Origin: an uncultured Actinomycetota bacterium
Lineage (GTDB): Bacteria; Actinomycetota; Actinomycetes; JACCUZ01
Assembly (NCBI GenBank): GCA_963789855.1
Contig: CAWBMM010000017.1
Span: 111,910 to 175,909 of the forward strand
DNA length: 64,000 nucleotides
Direction of reading: 5' to 3'
The translations under genes were made by a program, and so were the position numbers. Below, piece after piece: positions 25,233 through 35,342 of this stretch. Numbering within the stretch: position 1 is the first letter of the stretch; each line of letters begins with the position of its first letter. Below the pieces are notes generated by a model that saw only the letters and a list, made by a program, of their open reading frames with translations, ran no database searches and had not been told where the DNA came from.

Positions 25233-26511
25233 CGGTGACGGGGGCGGCGCGCTCGGCCCGCGCTGTCCGCGGGCCCGGGACACCGACCTACCGGGGAGTC
25301 CTGCGCAACCCGGAGTTCCGCGGCCTCGTCGTCGCCCAGGTCGCCAGCGAGTGGGGCGACAACATCGCCCGGGTGGCGCTCGCCTCGCTGGTGCTGGTCC
25401 GCACCGACAGCGCCTTCCTCGCGGTGCTGGCCTTCGTGGTGAGCTTCGTGCCGGCCGTGTTCGGCTCCGGGCTGCTGGGGACGGCGGCGGACCGGCTGCC
25501 CCGCAAGGTGGTGCTGATCACCTGCGACCTCGCCCGCGCCGCGCTGATAGGCGTGCTCGCGCTGCTGGCCGTCGACGGGACGCCGGTCTGGGCCCTGCTC
25601 CTGCTGCTGCTCGCGGCCGAGACGTTCACCGCGCCGTTCGCGGCCGCCCATCGGTCGGTGGTGCCCGACGTCCTGCCCGACTCCCGGGAGTGCCTGGCCG
25701 GCTTCGGGATGCTGCGGGTGCTCAACCAGGTCGACCAGGTGGCGGGCATCGTGCTCGCAGGTGTCGTGATCGTGCTGGTGGGGGAGCAGGCCGGCCTGAT
25801 GCTCGACGTGGCGAGCTTCCTCGTCTCGGCCACGGTGCTGGCCCTGACCTTGCGCTGGCGCCCGGCGACCCGGGCCCCCGACGAGCACTCCACCCTGGTG
25901 GGCGACTTCCGGGCCGGCTGGCGGCTGGTCTTCGACGACCCGTCGCTGCGCGCGCTGGTGCTGCTCGGGTGGAGCGCGGCGGTCTTCCTGGTGGCTCCGG
26001 AGGCCGTGGCTCTGGCGTACGCGCGCAGACGACGGAGCCCCGGCGGTGGTCGGCGCCGCCCTGCTTGGCGGCGCTGCCGGCGGGAGCGGCCCTCGGGGCC
26101 TGGCTGGTGACCCGTCGCGACCCGGTCTGGCAGGTGCGCTCGATCGTTCCGCTGGCGGTGTGCGCCTGCCTGCCGCTGATGGTCACCTGTCTCGCCCCGC
26201 CGTGGCAGGTCGTGCTCCCGCTGTGGTTCCTCTCCGGCCTGGCGCAGGGCTTCATGGTGCCGCTGATGACCACGGTGAACCTGGTGTCGCCGGCCTCGAT
26301 GCGCGGCCGGGTGAACGGCCTGGCCGGAGCCGGGTTCTCGACCGTCACCGCCGCGGTCTTCCTGCTCGCGGCAGCCGTCGCCGACCTGGCGACCCCGGCG
26401 GTGGCGGTCACGCTGGCCGCGGTGGTGGGCCTGGCGCTGGTGGGCGTGGCGCACCACGGCTGGCCGAAGGCCGAGCTGCAACGGGTGGCCGTCCGGATCT
26501 ATCGCGGGTAG
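25229..26511 (+). CDS. MFS transporter (EntS/YbdA-like), frameshift near 26030
   Basis: ORF 25229..26110 (NPEFRGLVVAQVASEWGDNIARVALASLVL ... multiple TM helices) continues in the frame of ORF 24778..26511 (LAALPAGAALGAWLVTRRDPVWQVRSIVPLAV ... FSTVTAAVFLL). Confidence 0.7.
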
Positions 26512-26687
26512 CTGAACCGGACGACACGCTGATCTCGGGGCAATCGCCCCCATTCCCCGCGCCTGGCGGCGGCGTACGGCAGACTGATCGCGGCCCGGGG
26601 GGTCGCAGCGGCGCAGCCAGCCGTCGCGGGCAGCTCCCGACGCGGCCCGCCAGCCCGTCCTCGCCAGCCTCCAGGAAGTCCTCACTG

Positions 26688-27995
26688 ATGCGCATCGCCA
26701 GCCGACCGCCTCGGGTCCTCCGGCCGCTGCTCGCCGCAGCCCTCGCCGGTGTCCTTGCCGTCACCCTCCTCCCGGCGACCCCCGCGTCCGCCGCCAACGT
26801 CAAGATCGACAAGCGCCTGTTCGGCATGCACGACAGCGACCTGACCAGCTGGCCGGCCGTGTCGCCGGGCTCGGTACGGCTGTGGGACGCCGGGGTCACC
26901 TGGCGGGACATCGAACGCTCGCCCGGGGTGTACGACTTCTCCCGGCTCGACCAGTACGTGCGCGCGGCCAACGCCCACGGCGCCGAGGTGACCCTCGTCC
27001 TGGGGATGACCCCCGACTTCTACGCGCCGGCCGGGGGCAACGCCACCTCGATGCCGGCCGACCCTGCCGTCTGGACCAACTACGTGCGGGCCGTGGCGAC
27101 GCACTACAGCCCCGCCAACTGGCAGGGGCGGCGCGGGATCGCCGCCTACCAGGTGTGGAACGAGGCGAACGTCACCGGCTACTGGACGGGTACGCCGCTC
27201 GACATGGCCAAGCTGACCAAGGCCACCTGGAACGCGGTCAAGGCGGTGGACAAGGGAGCGCTGGTCATCAGCCCGGCGTTCGCGGCCCGGATCGCCGAGC
27301 AGATCCGTGGCATCCAGCGGTTCGCCTTCGCCAGGGTCAACGGCATCCCGGCCTGGCGGTACACCGATGCCATCTCGCTCAACCTCTACCCGAAGGACAA
27401 GTACGGCACCGCCCTCGGGACGCCCGAGACCTCGATGGCACTGCTGGCGACGGCCCGCAAGCTGCTCGGCTTCGGCGGCGTCCCGCCCACCAAGCCGATC
27501 TGGAACACCGAGGTCAACTACGGGCTCGCCTCCGGCGGGACGGGCAAGTCGACCGCGATCTCCGCCGAGAAGCAGGCGGCGTACGTGCTGCGGACCTTCC
27601 TGCTCAACGCGGCCAACGGGGTGCAGCGCGTCGACTGGTACATGTGGGACCGGCCGCAGCTCGGCAACACGAAGCTGACCACGAGCACAGGGGTGCCGAC
27701 GCTGGCGGGGCGGGCCTTCGGACTCGCCCGGTCCTGGATGGTCGGAGGCACGCTGGTCGGGCCGAGCAAGGCGGCCAAGCCCTGCGCCAGGGACCGGGCC
27801 GGCACCTACACCTGCGTGATCACCTACGCCGGCGGCGTCCGGCGGGTCTACTGGAACCCCACCAAGAAGGTGACCGTGAAAACGGCCAAGAGCGCCACGT
27901 TCAAGGTGGGCGTCTTCGGCAAGCGGACCAAGATCAAAGGTGGCTCTCGCCAGTCTGTCGACTACCGTCCTCTGATGGTCCGTTCCAAAGCCTGA
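26688..27995 (+). CDS. Secreted glycoside hydrolase (clan GH-A TIM barrel, GH5/GH39-like)
   Basis: Signal peptide (MRIASRPPRVLRPLLAAALAGVLAVTLLPATPASA). Acid/base-like YQVWNEANV and nucleophile-like PIWNTEVNYG motifs. C-terminal beta-rich tail. Confidence 0.65.
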   Translation: MRIASRPPRVLRPLLAAALAGVLAVTLLPATPASAANVKIDKRLFGMHDSDLTSWPAVSPGSVRLWDAGVTWRDIERSPGVYDFSRLDQYVRAANAHGAEVTLVLGMTPDFYAPAGGNATSMPADPAVWTNYVRAVATHYSPANWQGRRGIAAYQVWNEANVTGYWTGTPLDMAKLTKATWNAVKAVDKGALVISPAFAARIAEQIRGIQRFAFARVNGIPAWRYTDAISLNLYPKDKYGTALGTPETSMALLATARKLLGFGGVPPTKPIWNTEVNYGLASGGTGKSTAISAEKQAAYVLRTFLLNAANGVQRVDWYMWDRPQLGNTKLTTSTGVPTLAGRAFGLARSWMVGGTLVGPSKAAKPCARDRAGTYTCVITYAGGVRRVYWNPTKKVTVKTAKSATFKVGVFGKRTKIKGGSRQSVDYRPLMVRSKA

Positions 27996-28103
27996 CCAGA
28001 TTCTCGGAACCTCGGGACCGATTCACACGTCCTCGTAAGACCTGCCGGGCCCCATCGCGCCCCTGACCACCATGCCGCCTCACCACCGGGAAACCACTTT
28101 CAC

Positions 28104-29357
28104 ATGACTCGCTTCACGACTTTGTCCCGTCGGCTCCTCGCGATCGGGGCCGCGGTCGGCCTGGGGCTCACGCTCCTGCCCGCCGGCCCCGGCTGCGGCC
28201 GCCACCCCGCGCATCCCGGGGTCCTTCTTCGGCATGCACGACGGCGACGCCGTCAGCTTCCCGGCAGCGCCGGTCGGGGCGGTCCGGCTCTGGGACTCCG
28301 GCGTCAGCTGGCGCGAGATCGAGACGGCTCCCGGCCGTCTTCGACTTCACCCGCGTCGACGCCCAGGTGAACGCGGCCCGCGCGCACGGCGCGAGCGTGC
28401 TCCTGGTCCTCGGGCAGACGCCGCGCTTCCACTCGACCAAGCCAGGCAAGCGTGGCTCCTACGGCCTGGGCGCCGCGTCGATGCCCACCGAGACGTCCTG
28501 GAAGAACTACGTCTTCGCGGTGGTCAAGCACTTCAAGGGACGCGGCGTCGACTACCAGGTGTGGAACGAGGCCAACGTCGCGGGCTACTGGCAGGGCACC
28601 CCGAAGCAGATGGCCACCCTGACGCGACTGGCCTCGACGGTCGTCAACCGCAACGACTCGTCGGCGAAGGTCGTGTCGCCGGCGATGGCCACCCGCCTCT
28701 CCAGCCAGCGGTTGTGGCTGCGCACGTTCTACGCGCAGAAGACCGGCGGCAAGAAGGTCTCGGCCTACGTCGACGTGGTCTCGCTCAACCTCTACCCGCT
28801 CGCGAGCCAGAAGCCCGAGGCGTCGATGACGCTGCTGGCAGCGACCCGCACCATGCTTCGGGCCGCCGGCGTGCGGAAGCCCATCTGGAACACCGAGATC
28901 AACTACGGTCTCGCTCGGCGGCGGCACGGCGAAGACGGTCGCGGCGGACACCCAGGCGGCCTACGTCGGTCGCACGTTCCTGCTGAACGCCGCCAGCGAC
29001 GTGAAGCGCGTCTACTGGTACTCCTGGGACCTCCAGCGGCTGGCGAACACCAGGCTCACCTTCGCCGACGGAGTGACGCTGACCAGGGCGGGCACCGCCT
29101 ACAACGTGGTGCGCGGCTGGCTGCTCGGCTCACGGGTCAGCGGTTGCCCGCGGGACAAGGCGGGGACCTACATCTGCACGATGACCTACTCGGGCGGCGT
29201 GAAGCGGGTGTACTGGAACCCGTCCCGCAAGACGTCGGTGCGCACGGTCAAGTCGGCTCGCGCGGCGGTCAACCTGCTGGGCAGCGAGCGCGTCCTGCGC
29301 GGCGGCGAGCGCATCGCCGTCACCAAGTCGCCGGTCATGGTCAGGTCCGCGAAGTAG
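28104..29357 (+). CDS. Tandem paralogue of the preceding glycoside hydrolase, with 3 or more frameshifts
   Basis: The same motifs appear across ORFs 28104..28370, 28367..29497 and 29001..29357: FGMHDGDAVSFPAAP..VRLWDSGVSWREIE, YQVWNEANVAGYWQG, PIWNTEINYGL and VKRVYWYSWDLQRLANTRLT ... RVYWNPSRKTSVRTVKSA. Confidence 0.6.
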
Positions 29358-29370
29358 CTCTTCCTCGTCG

Positions 29371-29413
29371 ATCGAGAGGCCCTCGCCGGTACGTTCGGCG
29401 GGGGCCTCTCGGC
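29371..29413. terminator. Hairpin between convergent genes
   Basis: gagaggccctcgccggtacgttcggcgggggcctctc (stem GAGAGGCCC/GGGCCTCTC) lies between the GH stop at 29357 and the RDD stop at 29422. Confidence 0.5.
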
Positions 29414-29421
29414 GTACGACG

Positions 29422-29925
29422 TCAGGCTTCTGCGGCCGGCCCGGCTGCGGGCGGCGGAGGCAGCACCTGCGAGCCGCCCGGCACCGCCATCGGGTGACCC
29501 GGCTCCCGCAGTCGCGTCGTCCAGTCGTAGATCACCGAGGTACGCAGCACGGTGTCCTGCAACGACCGGTTGGACGGGCTGATCAGCACCCAGTAGAGGC
29601 CGATGGGCAGCACGGTGCAGAACGTTGCCCGCACCACCGCGCCGGACCAGCGCATCCGCTCGCCGCGGAAGTTCACCACCCTCAGCCCCAGCAGGTGGTT
29701 GCCGTAGGTGCGCCCCGTGGTCGCCCAGGACACCGTGAAGTAGATGATCAGCACGACGGCGCCGCAGGCGAGGATCACGATGAACTGAGGCGCGGGAAAG
29801 GTGAAACCCGTCGGGTTGATGAGGAAGCGGACGGCGCACCAGGTCACGTAGCCGGCGACGAGCACGCGCGACGTCGATACCGAAGTCGACGGCGTTCGCC
29901 AGGGTGCGGGTGACGGCGCCTGCAC
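29422..29925 (-). CDS. RDD-family membrane protein
   Basis: 167 aa with 3 predicted TM helices and RDD-family layout (VRFLINPTGFTFPAPQFIVILACGAVVLIIYF ... GNHLLGLRVVNFRGERMRWSGAVVRATFCTVLPIGLYWVLI). Sits immediately downstream of, and in the same phase as, the repeat-protein gene. Confidence 0.6.
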   Translation of the reverse strand: MQAPSPAPWRTPSTSVSTSRVLVAGYVTWCAVRFLINPTGFTFPAPQFIVILACGAVVLIIYFTVSWATTGRTYGNHLLGLRVVNFRGERMRWSGAVVRATFCTVLPIGLYWVLISPSNRSLQDTVLRTSVIYDWTTRLREPGHPMAVPGGSQVLPPPPAAGPAAEA

Positions 29926-30000
29926 GGCGGCCCTGGAACGGGCGAGCCTCCACCGGTACGGCGTCCACCGTGCGCGTCGCGGGTGGGAGCTCTCGCTCGG

Positions 30001-31743
30001 TCACGAAGGCCCCTTGGTCAGTGCGTCGTCGACGGACTCCGGCGACGTCGTGGGCTCGGGCACCGCGGCCTCCGGCGAGACGGTCTGCCGGCCGCGTCGG
30101 CGCAGCAGCACCCGGTCGACCATCCGCGCGACCGCGGCGTCCGCGTCGACGCTCTGCATCCGCATGCCGCGCACGGCCTCGGACGCCACCGAGCCGGTCG
30201 AGTCGCGGATGATCTCGGGCAGGTCGATGCCCTCCACGACGTACTCGGCGACGCCGATCAGGTCGACCTGCTGCAGCACGATCTGGGTCAGGTCCAGCCG
30301 CTGCAGGGCGGCCCCGACGACCAGGCCGAGGTCGACCCGGTCGACGACGATGGTGGTGAGGTCGAGCGTGTCGATCGCGCTCGTGACGACCTGCTCGAGG
30401 TCGACCCGGTCGAGCACCAGCGCGGTGAGGTCGAGCTGGTCGAGGACGTCGGAGACGAGCGGACCGAGCTGGATGCGCTGCACCGCCGCGGTCACGACGG
30501 CGTCGAGGTCCAGGCTCGCGACCACGGTGTCGACGAGGCGGCCGAGATCTATCCGGCCGAGCACCGCCGTCGCCGTGGCGTCCAGGTCCAGCTGCTGCAG
30601 CGCCGTGTCCACCGCGGCGTCGAGGTCGAGGCCGGTGAGGGCCGCAGCGACGACGCGATCGAGGTCGAGCCGGGCGACGACCGTCTCGGCCGCGGTCGTG
30701 AGGTCGACCCCCGCCACCACCGCGGCGACGGTGCGGTCCAGGTCCAACCCGGCCAGCACCGAGCCGACGGCCGCATCGAGGTCGAGGGCCGGTACCGCGG
30801 TCGCCACCAGCGCGTCGAGGTCCAGACCGCGGACGGCGGTGCTGGCCGCCCGCGTCAGGTCGAGGCGGTCCAGCGCGGTGGCCACCGCGCGGTCGAGGTC
30901 CAGCCGGGCGAGGACGGCGCCCACCACGCGGTCCAGGTCGAGCCGCTCGACCGCCTGCTCGGCGGCACCGGAGAGGTCCAGTCGCCCGAGCACGGTGGCG
31001 ACCGCCCGGTCGAGGTCGACCCGGTTGAGGGCTGTCGTCAGCAGGGCGTCCAGGTCGAGCCCGGCGAGAGCCTCGTCGACGACCCGGTCCAGGTCGGTGC
31101 TCTCGACGGCTGCCGACGCCACCCGGGTGAGGTCGATCCGGTCGAGCACGGCCAGGGTCACCGCCTCGACGTCCAGGCGCGCCACGACGTCGCTGACCAG
31201 AGCGTCGAGATCGAGCCGGTTGAGGACGACGCCGACGACGCGCTCGGAGTCGACCTGGCTCATCGCCGCATCGACTGCGCCGGGGAGCGCGGCAGCCGAC
31301 CAGCGGCCCAGCGAGCGCACCGTTTCCGGTCGGTCCCGCCGCCAGCGGTCGATCAGGAGCTGGGCCGTGTGGCCGGGCTGCAGGACGGGCGGCACCAGGG
31401 GCGGTCGAAGCGCGAGGTCGATCAGCGGTACGGCGACCCGCGATCCCGCGGCGGCCAGCCGTCCCGACAGCCGAGCCGCTCCCCAAGCGGTGCCGACCAC
31501 CAGGTCGGCGACCTCGACGAGCGGCACCCGGGCGCCGGGGTGCGCGTCGGCCGCTGCCGGCTCCCCGACGGTGCGCAGCGCGACACCGAGACCGACCGAG
31601 AGCAGGCCGAACCCGACGCGGACCGCCTGCGCGACCGCGTCCGCGAGGTCGGGCGCAGCAGGAGCGGGCCGAGGGTCGAGCACGATGACGCGCTCCTCGT
31701 CGCCCGGTCGCGGCACCGCTCCACCTCCCTGGTCAAAGGTCAC
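30001..31743 (-). CDS. Repeat protein: about 170-aa unique N-terminus followed by about 27 tandem 13-residue repeats with core (R/G)(L/V)DLD
   Basis: 580-aa ORF. The repeat units include RLDLDRVVGAVLA, RLDLDRAVATALD, GLDLDALVATAVPA and GLDLDAAVGSVLA. The DNA period is about 39 nt (gaggtcgac spacing). Ala/Leu/Val/Asp/Thr composition and the unique N-terminus support the minus strand. The two long + strand ORFs (29983..31764, 30014..31837) are mirror images. Confidence 0.6.
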   Translation of the reverse strand: MTFDQGGGAVPRPGDEERVIVLDPRPAPAAPDLADAVAQAVRVGFGLLSVGLGVALRTVGEPAAADAHPGARVPLVEVADLVVGTAWGAARLSGRLAAAGSRVAVPLIDLALRPPLVPPVLQPGHTAQLLIDRWRRDRPETVRSLGRWSAAALPGAVDAAMSQVDSERVVGVVLNRLDLDALVSDVVARLDVEAVTLAVLDRIDLTRVASAAVESTDLDRVVDEALAGLDLDALLTTALNRVDLDRAVATVLGRLDLSGAAEQAVERLDLDRVVGAVLARLDLDRAVATALDRLDLTRAASTAVRGLDLDALVATAVPALDLDAAVGSVLAGLDLDRTVAAVVAGVDLTTAAETVVARLDLDRVVAAALTGLDLDAAVDTALQQLDLDATATAVLGRIDLGRLVDTVVASLDLDAVVTAAVQRIQLGPLVSDVLDQLDLTALVLDRVDLEQVVTSAIDTLDLTTIVVDRVDLGLVVGAALQRLDLTQIVLQQVDLIGVAEYVVEGIDLPEIIRDSTGSVASEAVRGMRMQSVDADAAVARMVDRVLLRRRGRQTVSPEAAVPEPTTSPESVDDALTKGPS

Positions 31744-32069
31744 CGTCGGTCGCCGGAGCGGTGATCCGGATCACCCGCAGGGGATGACGCTCCATCGTGC
31801 CCTCAGCGGAAGGCGAATGCGCGGGTTTCCGGCGTAGATGTCCCGCTGTGGACGGGGACCCCGACAGGCTGTTCGACCGAACAGTCAGGATCGGGGGTTG
31901 ACCGCCGGGTCCGGTGGCCCGGATGGTGGTGGCAGCCGTGCACCGGCAAGCCGGCGCTGGGACGCGGTCAGGCCCGCGCGCTTCCGACACCCCCCCACGG
32001 AGGCACGCGGGCCGCCTTCGTTCGCCGTCCGGGGTCCGATCTCGTAGCGTTTCTGTCGACCGGCGGCGT

Positions 32070-33550
32070 TCAGTCGCGGTGTCGTTGGGTGAGCTGGGTG
32101 ACTGCGTATCGGTGGTGTTGTCGGGGCCGGCGGTCGGGGTCGATGGATGGCGGTGGTTCCAGCTGGGGGTGGCCGTTGGCGGCGAGGGTGACGGTCCAGC
32201 CTTGGCGGTGGACCATCCGGTGGTGGTAGGGGCAGAGCAGCGCGGCGTTGGTCAGGTCGGTGGGTCCGCCGTCGATCCAGTGCCTCGCGTGGTGGAGCTG
32301 GCAGGCGGCCGGTGGGCGGTCGCAGCCGGGGGCGGTGCAGCCGCGGTCGCGCAGGGCGGCGGCGCGGCGTTGGGCGCGGTTCCAGACTCGGGTGCTGCGG
32401 CCGAGGTCGAGGACCTGGGAGGGGCCGCCGAGCACGGCGGGGATCACGAGTGCGTCGCAGGCGAGCTGCCGCAGGGTGGCGGCGGAGATGGTGCCGCCGG
32501 TGTCCAGCCGGCCGGCGGCGGGCAGGGCGGCGCGTAGGCCGGTGGCGGTGGTGGTGATGGTGAGCAGCGCCAGGGGTGCGAGCGGCCCGCTCGGCGCGGT
32601 CTGCTCGCCGTCGGTGTCCTGTTCGTCGAGGGGGTCGGTGAGCGACCCGCCGACAATGCCGTCGCCGACGTCGTCGCCGTCGGGTGCCGCAGCGTCGGGT
32701 GCCGAGCCGTGGGGTGCCGGCAGCGGCGGCGGCGAGCAGCTCGACGATGGCGTCGCCGCGGCGTTCGGCGGGCAGCCGCTGGTCCGGCAGGCTGTCGGTG
32801 CCGGCGGCCGGCCGGTCGGGCGCGGTCGGTGCGGTCGGTGCGGCGTAGCCAGGCGTGCAGGGTGGCCTCGCCGAGGGGGCCGAGGTCGAGGACGGCTCGG
32901 AGCCGGCCGCGCCGGCGGGTCACCCGCAGGTCGTTGCGTTCGGCGGCTTGGGCGTCGGCTTCGGCGCGTTGCTGGTCCCGGTCGAGGGCGGCCGCCTCGG
33001 CGGGGTCGTCCTCTGACGGGGTGCGGGTGAGGGCTTCGACGACGGCTCGGCCGGCGCGGGCCAGCTCGGGTGGTGTCAGCGCGGCGCACTGCTCGAGGAG
33101 GAACCTGGCCGCCGCGGTGCGGTCCTGGTCGGCCAGCCCGGGCAGGGCGGCGACCTGGTCCAGCGTCGTGGCGACCGTGGTGGCCTGCTCGACGGTGACG
33201 GCGCCGGCGGTGAGGGCGTCGCGGACCGGCCGGTGGCGCAGCAGGTCGCCGGCCTGCCGGATCCGGGCGGCGGCGTCGGTGCGGGAGAGCCGGAACCGGT
33301 CGCCGAGCCAGCGGACCAGGTTCGGCGCGCCGGTGCGGGACTTCAGGTCCCGCTGGTCGGCCTCGCCCAGCAGCAGCCCCTGCAGCACCGCCGTCTTCGC
33401 CTGCACCTCGAACACGGTGGCGAGGGCGGTCTCGACCTGCTGGTCCGAGAGCTGCCAGACCTGGTCGGCAGCCGCGGACTCCAGGCCGGCCGACACCCCC
33501 TGCAGCCCGGCCACCACCGGGTGCTCGAACGTGACGTCGGCCTGACTCAT
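32070..33550 (-). CDS. DUF222 + HNH endonuclease protein (REP13E12-like), frameshift near 32700
   Basis: N-terminal DUF222 in ORF 32444..33550 (MSQADVTFEHP ... LSDQQVETALATVFEVQAKTAVLQGLLLGEADQRDLKSRTGAPNLVRWL). C-terminal HNH in ORF 32070..33590 (CTAPGCDRPPAACQLHHARHWIDGGPTDLTNAALLCPYHHRMVH). Confidence 0.75.
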
Positions 33551-33843
33551 GGGCCGAACCTAACCGGGACCCTGGACACAAACCCCGCATGACTCCGGGC
33601 CGAATACCGTTGTGGACAAAGGCTTTTCGGTGCCACCAAGGGCACTGGCATCTCGGCCTACGGCACGGGGCAGCCGGTCATGGCGTGAGTCAGCGCACTG
33701 CGAAGGCGAACCTCGGACAGAGGTCCCGGCGACGAGGTCGTTCGAAGCGCAGACTCGAAGCGCCGGAGGCTTAGCGAAATCCCTCTACTGCTGGAAGCGA
33801 AATCACCCGCGCCGGCGCCGAACACATCCGCCGCCACCCGACT

Positions 33844-34857
33844 TTAGTGTCTGCGAGCTCGCTCCACCGACAGTCGGCCAGGCACCAGGATCAGCAGAGC
33901 ACCGCTAAGAATCAGCACGAACGACAGTGCCAGCGTCGGAGCCGTTCCCAAGGGTGGGCCGGTGTGCGGCAAGGTGCCGCCACCAGAACCACCTTCGCCG
34001 CCAGCAGCGACTCCACCAGCGGCCGTCGTGCCAGCCTTCGTCGCCAACACCGAGGCCCCGGACGCGGCCGCTGAGGTGGCCGTCACTGTCACAGTGGGAC
34101 CGGATGCGGTCGCAGTCTGGGTCGCCGTGACCGTCACCGTCGAACCCGGGGCCGTAACTGTCGCCGTTGAACCTGGTGCCGTCACGGTCTCTGTTGAGCC
34201 CGGCGCGGTCACGGTGGTCGTGGCCGTCGTGGTCTCGGTCGGACCGGGCACGGTCACGGTGGTCGTGGCGGTCACTGTCGCCGTCTCCGTCTCAGTGCGG
34301 GTCGCCGTCGCCGTGACCGTCCGAGTCGCGGTCACGGTCTCGGTGGCCGTCGCGGTTGCAGTGGGTGTGGCGGTTATGGTGGCCGTCACGGTGCTCGTCC
34401 GGGACACCGTGATCGTGGGCCCGGTGACTGTCGACGTGACGGTGATCGTGGGGCCGGGAACTGGCGACGTGACGGTGATCGTGGGGCCGGGGGCAGTGGT
34501 CGTCACGGTGACCGTCGGCGTCGGAGCCGCCGGAGGATTGCAGTTGTTCGCCAAGATCAACTGACCCTCTGGCGACCAGTTGAGACCCGGAAACAGACCG
34601 TCGTCGTCCGCGAAGGGCGGAATGATGTCCCCCCAGTCGCTCAGGCCGGGCGCCCACACCGGACCGGTGTGCTCCCTGGCATGGTTCCGTGCCGAACTCT
34701 CCGAGACGGAGATCGTGAGGTAAGGATTGCTCGTCGCATTTGTCCGATGGCAGATCGTCACTTGGTCCTGTGCGCTGGCCACCCCAACGCCCATCCATGG
34801 CGCCAGCCCGAGCACCACGAGCAGGGCCCCGAGGGCTCGCAGAGCGTTGATCTTCAC
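33844..34857 (-). CDS. LPXTG-anchored Thr/Val/Ala-rich cell-surface protein
   Basis: GTG start at 34857 with GGAG upstream. Signal peptide VKINALRALGALLVVLGLAPWMGVGVASA. N-terminal domain QVTICHRTNATSNPYLTISVSESSARNHAREHTGP. Long TVTATxTATATATETVTAT low-complexity region. C-terminal LPHTG, hydrophobic helix, then RARRH (sortase sorting signal). Confidence 0.7.
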   Translation of the reverse strand: MKINALRALGALLVVLGLAPWMGVGVASAQDQVTICHRTNATSNPYLTISVSESSARNHAREHTGPVWAPGLSDWGDIIPPFADDDGLFPGLNWSPEGQLILANNCNPPAAPTPTVTVTTTAPGPTITVTSPVPGPTITVTSTVTGPTITVSRTSTVTATITATPTATATATETVTATRTVTATATRTETETATVTATTTVTVPGPTETTTATTTVTAPGSTETVTAPGSTATVTAPGSTVTVTATQTATASGPTVTVTATSAAASGASVLATKAGTTAAGGVAAGGEGGSGGGTLPHTGPPLGTAPTLALSFVLILSGALLILVPGRLSVERARRH

Positions 34858-35342
34858 GGGTACCACTCCTCGCCCGCGACTCAGGCCGGTCACCCACCAT
34901 GGAACAGGGACCCGGTGCGGCCTCAACTCGGCTGGGCTAGTCGACGACCAACACTTGGCATTCGCCTACCGATCAGGGCATGGCGCTCACGGTAGCCACC
35001 TGCAACAACCCGGTCTACCCCGTCATTCGGAACCGTCACCGCGGTTCATGGGGTGTGCGGCTTGGCAAGCCCGCGGCGGAGGTCTCAGGCATCGCCCGGG
35101 CGTACTGGATTCCGGGCTCGGTGTAGTCGCTCGCCACGACCTACTAGGAGCCGTCGCGGCTGCGGTACTGGTCGCGCAATGTGGCGATATACCAGGGCCG
35201 TCGTCGTGCTCGGCCACTTGTGGCCCGACGCAGATGAGTCCGCACGGGCCGCCGTCGGTTCGATGCTGGCGGCTCGTGCGGACTCCCTGCGGACTAGCGG
35301 ACCCCTCCAGGCGTAGAACCGCTGGTCACAGCCATGTTGATC

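Noticed and set aside
22278-25283. 1001-aa minus-strand ORF
   Set aside because: It is antisense to full-length glnE, which has clear nucleotidyltransferase motifs on the + strand.
29186-31486. 766-aa minus-strand ORF in an alternative frame
   Set aside because: It overlaps the repeat-protein and RDD genes in another frame and is almost pure Arg/Gly/Pro.
29983-31837. Two about 600-aa + strand ORFs with periodic composition
   Set aside because: They are mirror-image readings of the 39-nt coding repeat of the minus-strand LDLD repeat protein. The + strand translations are Arg/His/Gln/Glu/Gly-rich and lack a non-repetitive N-terminus.
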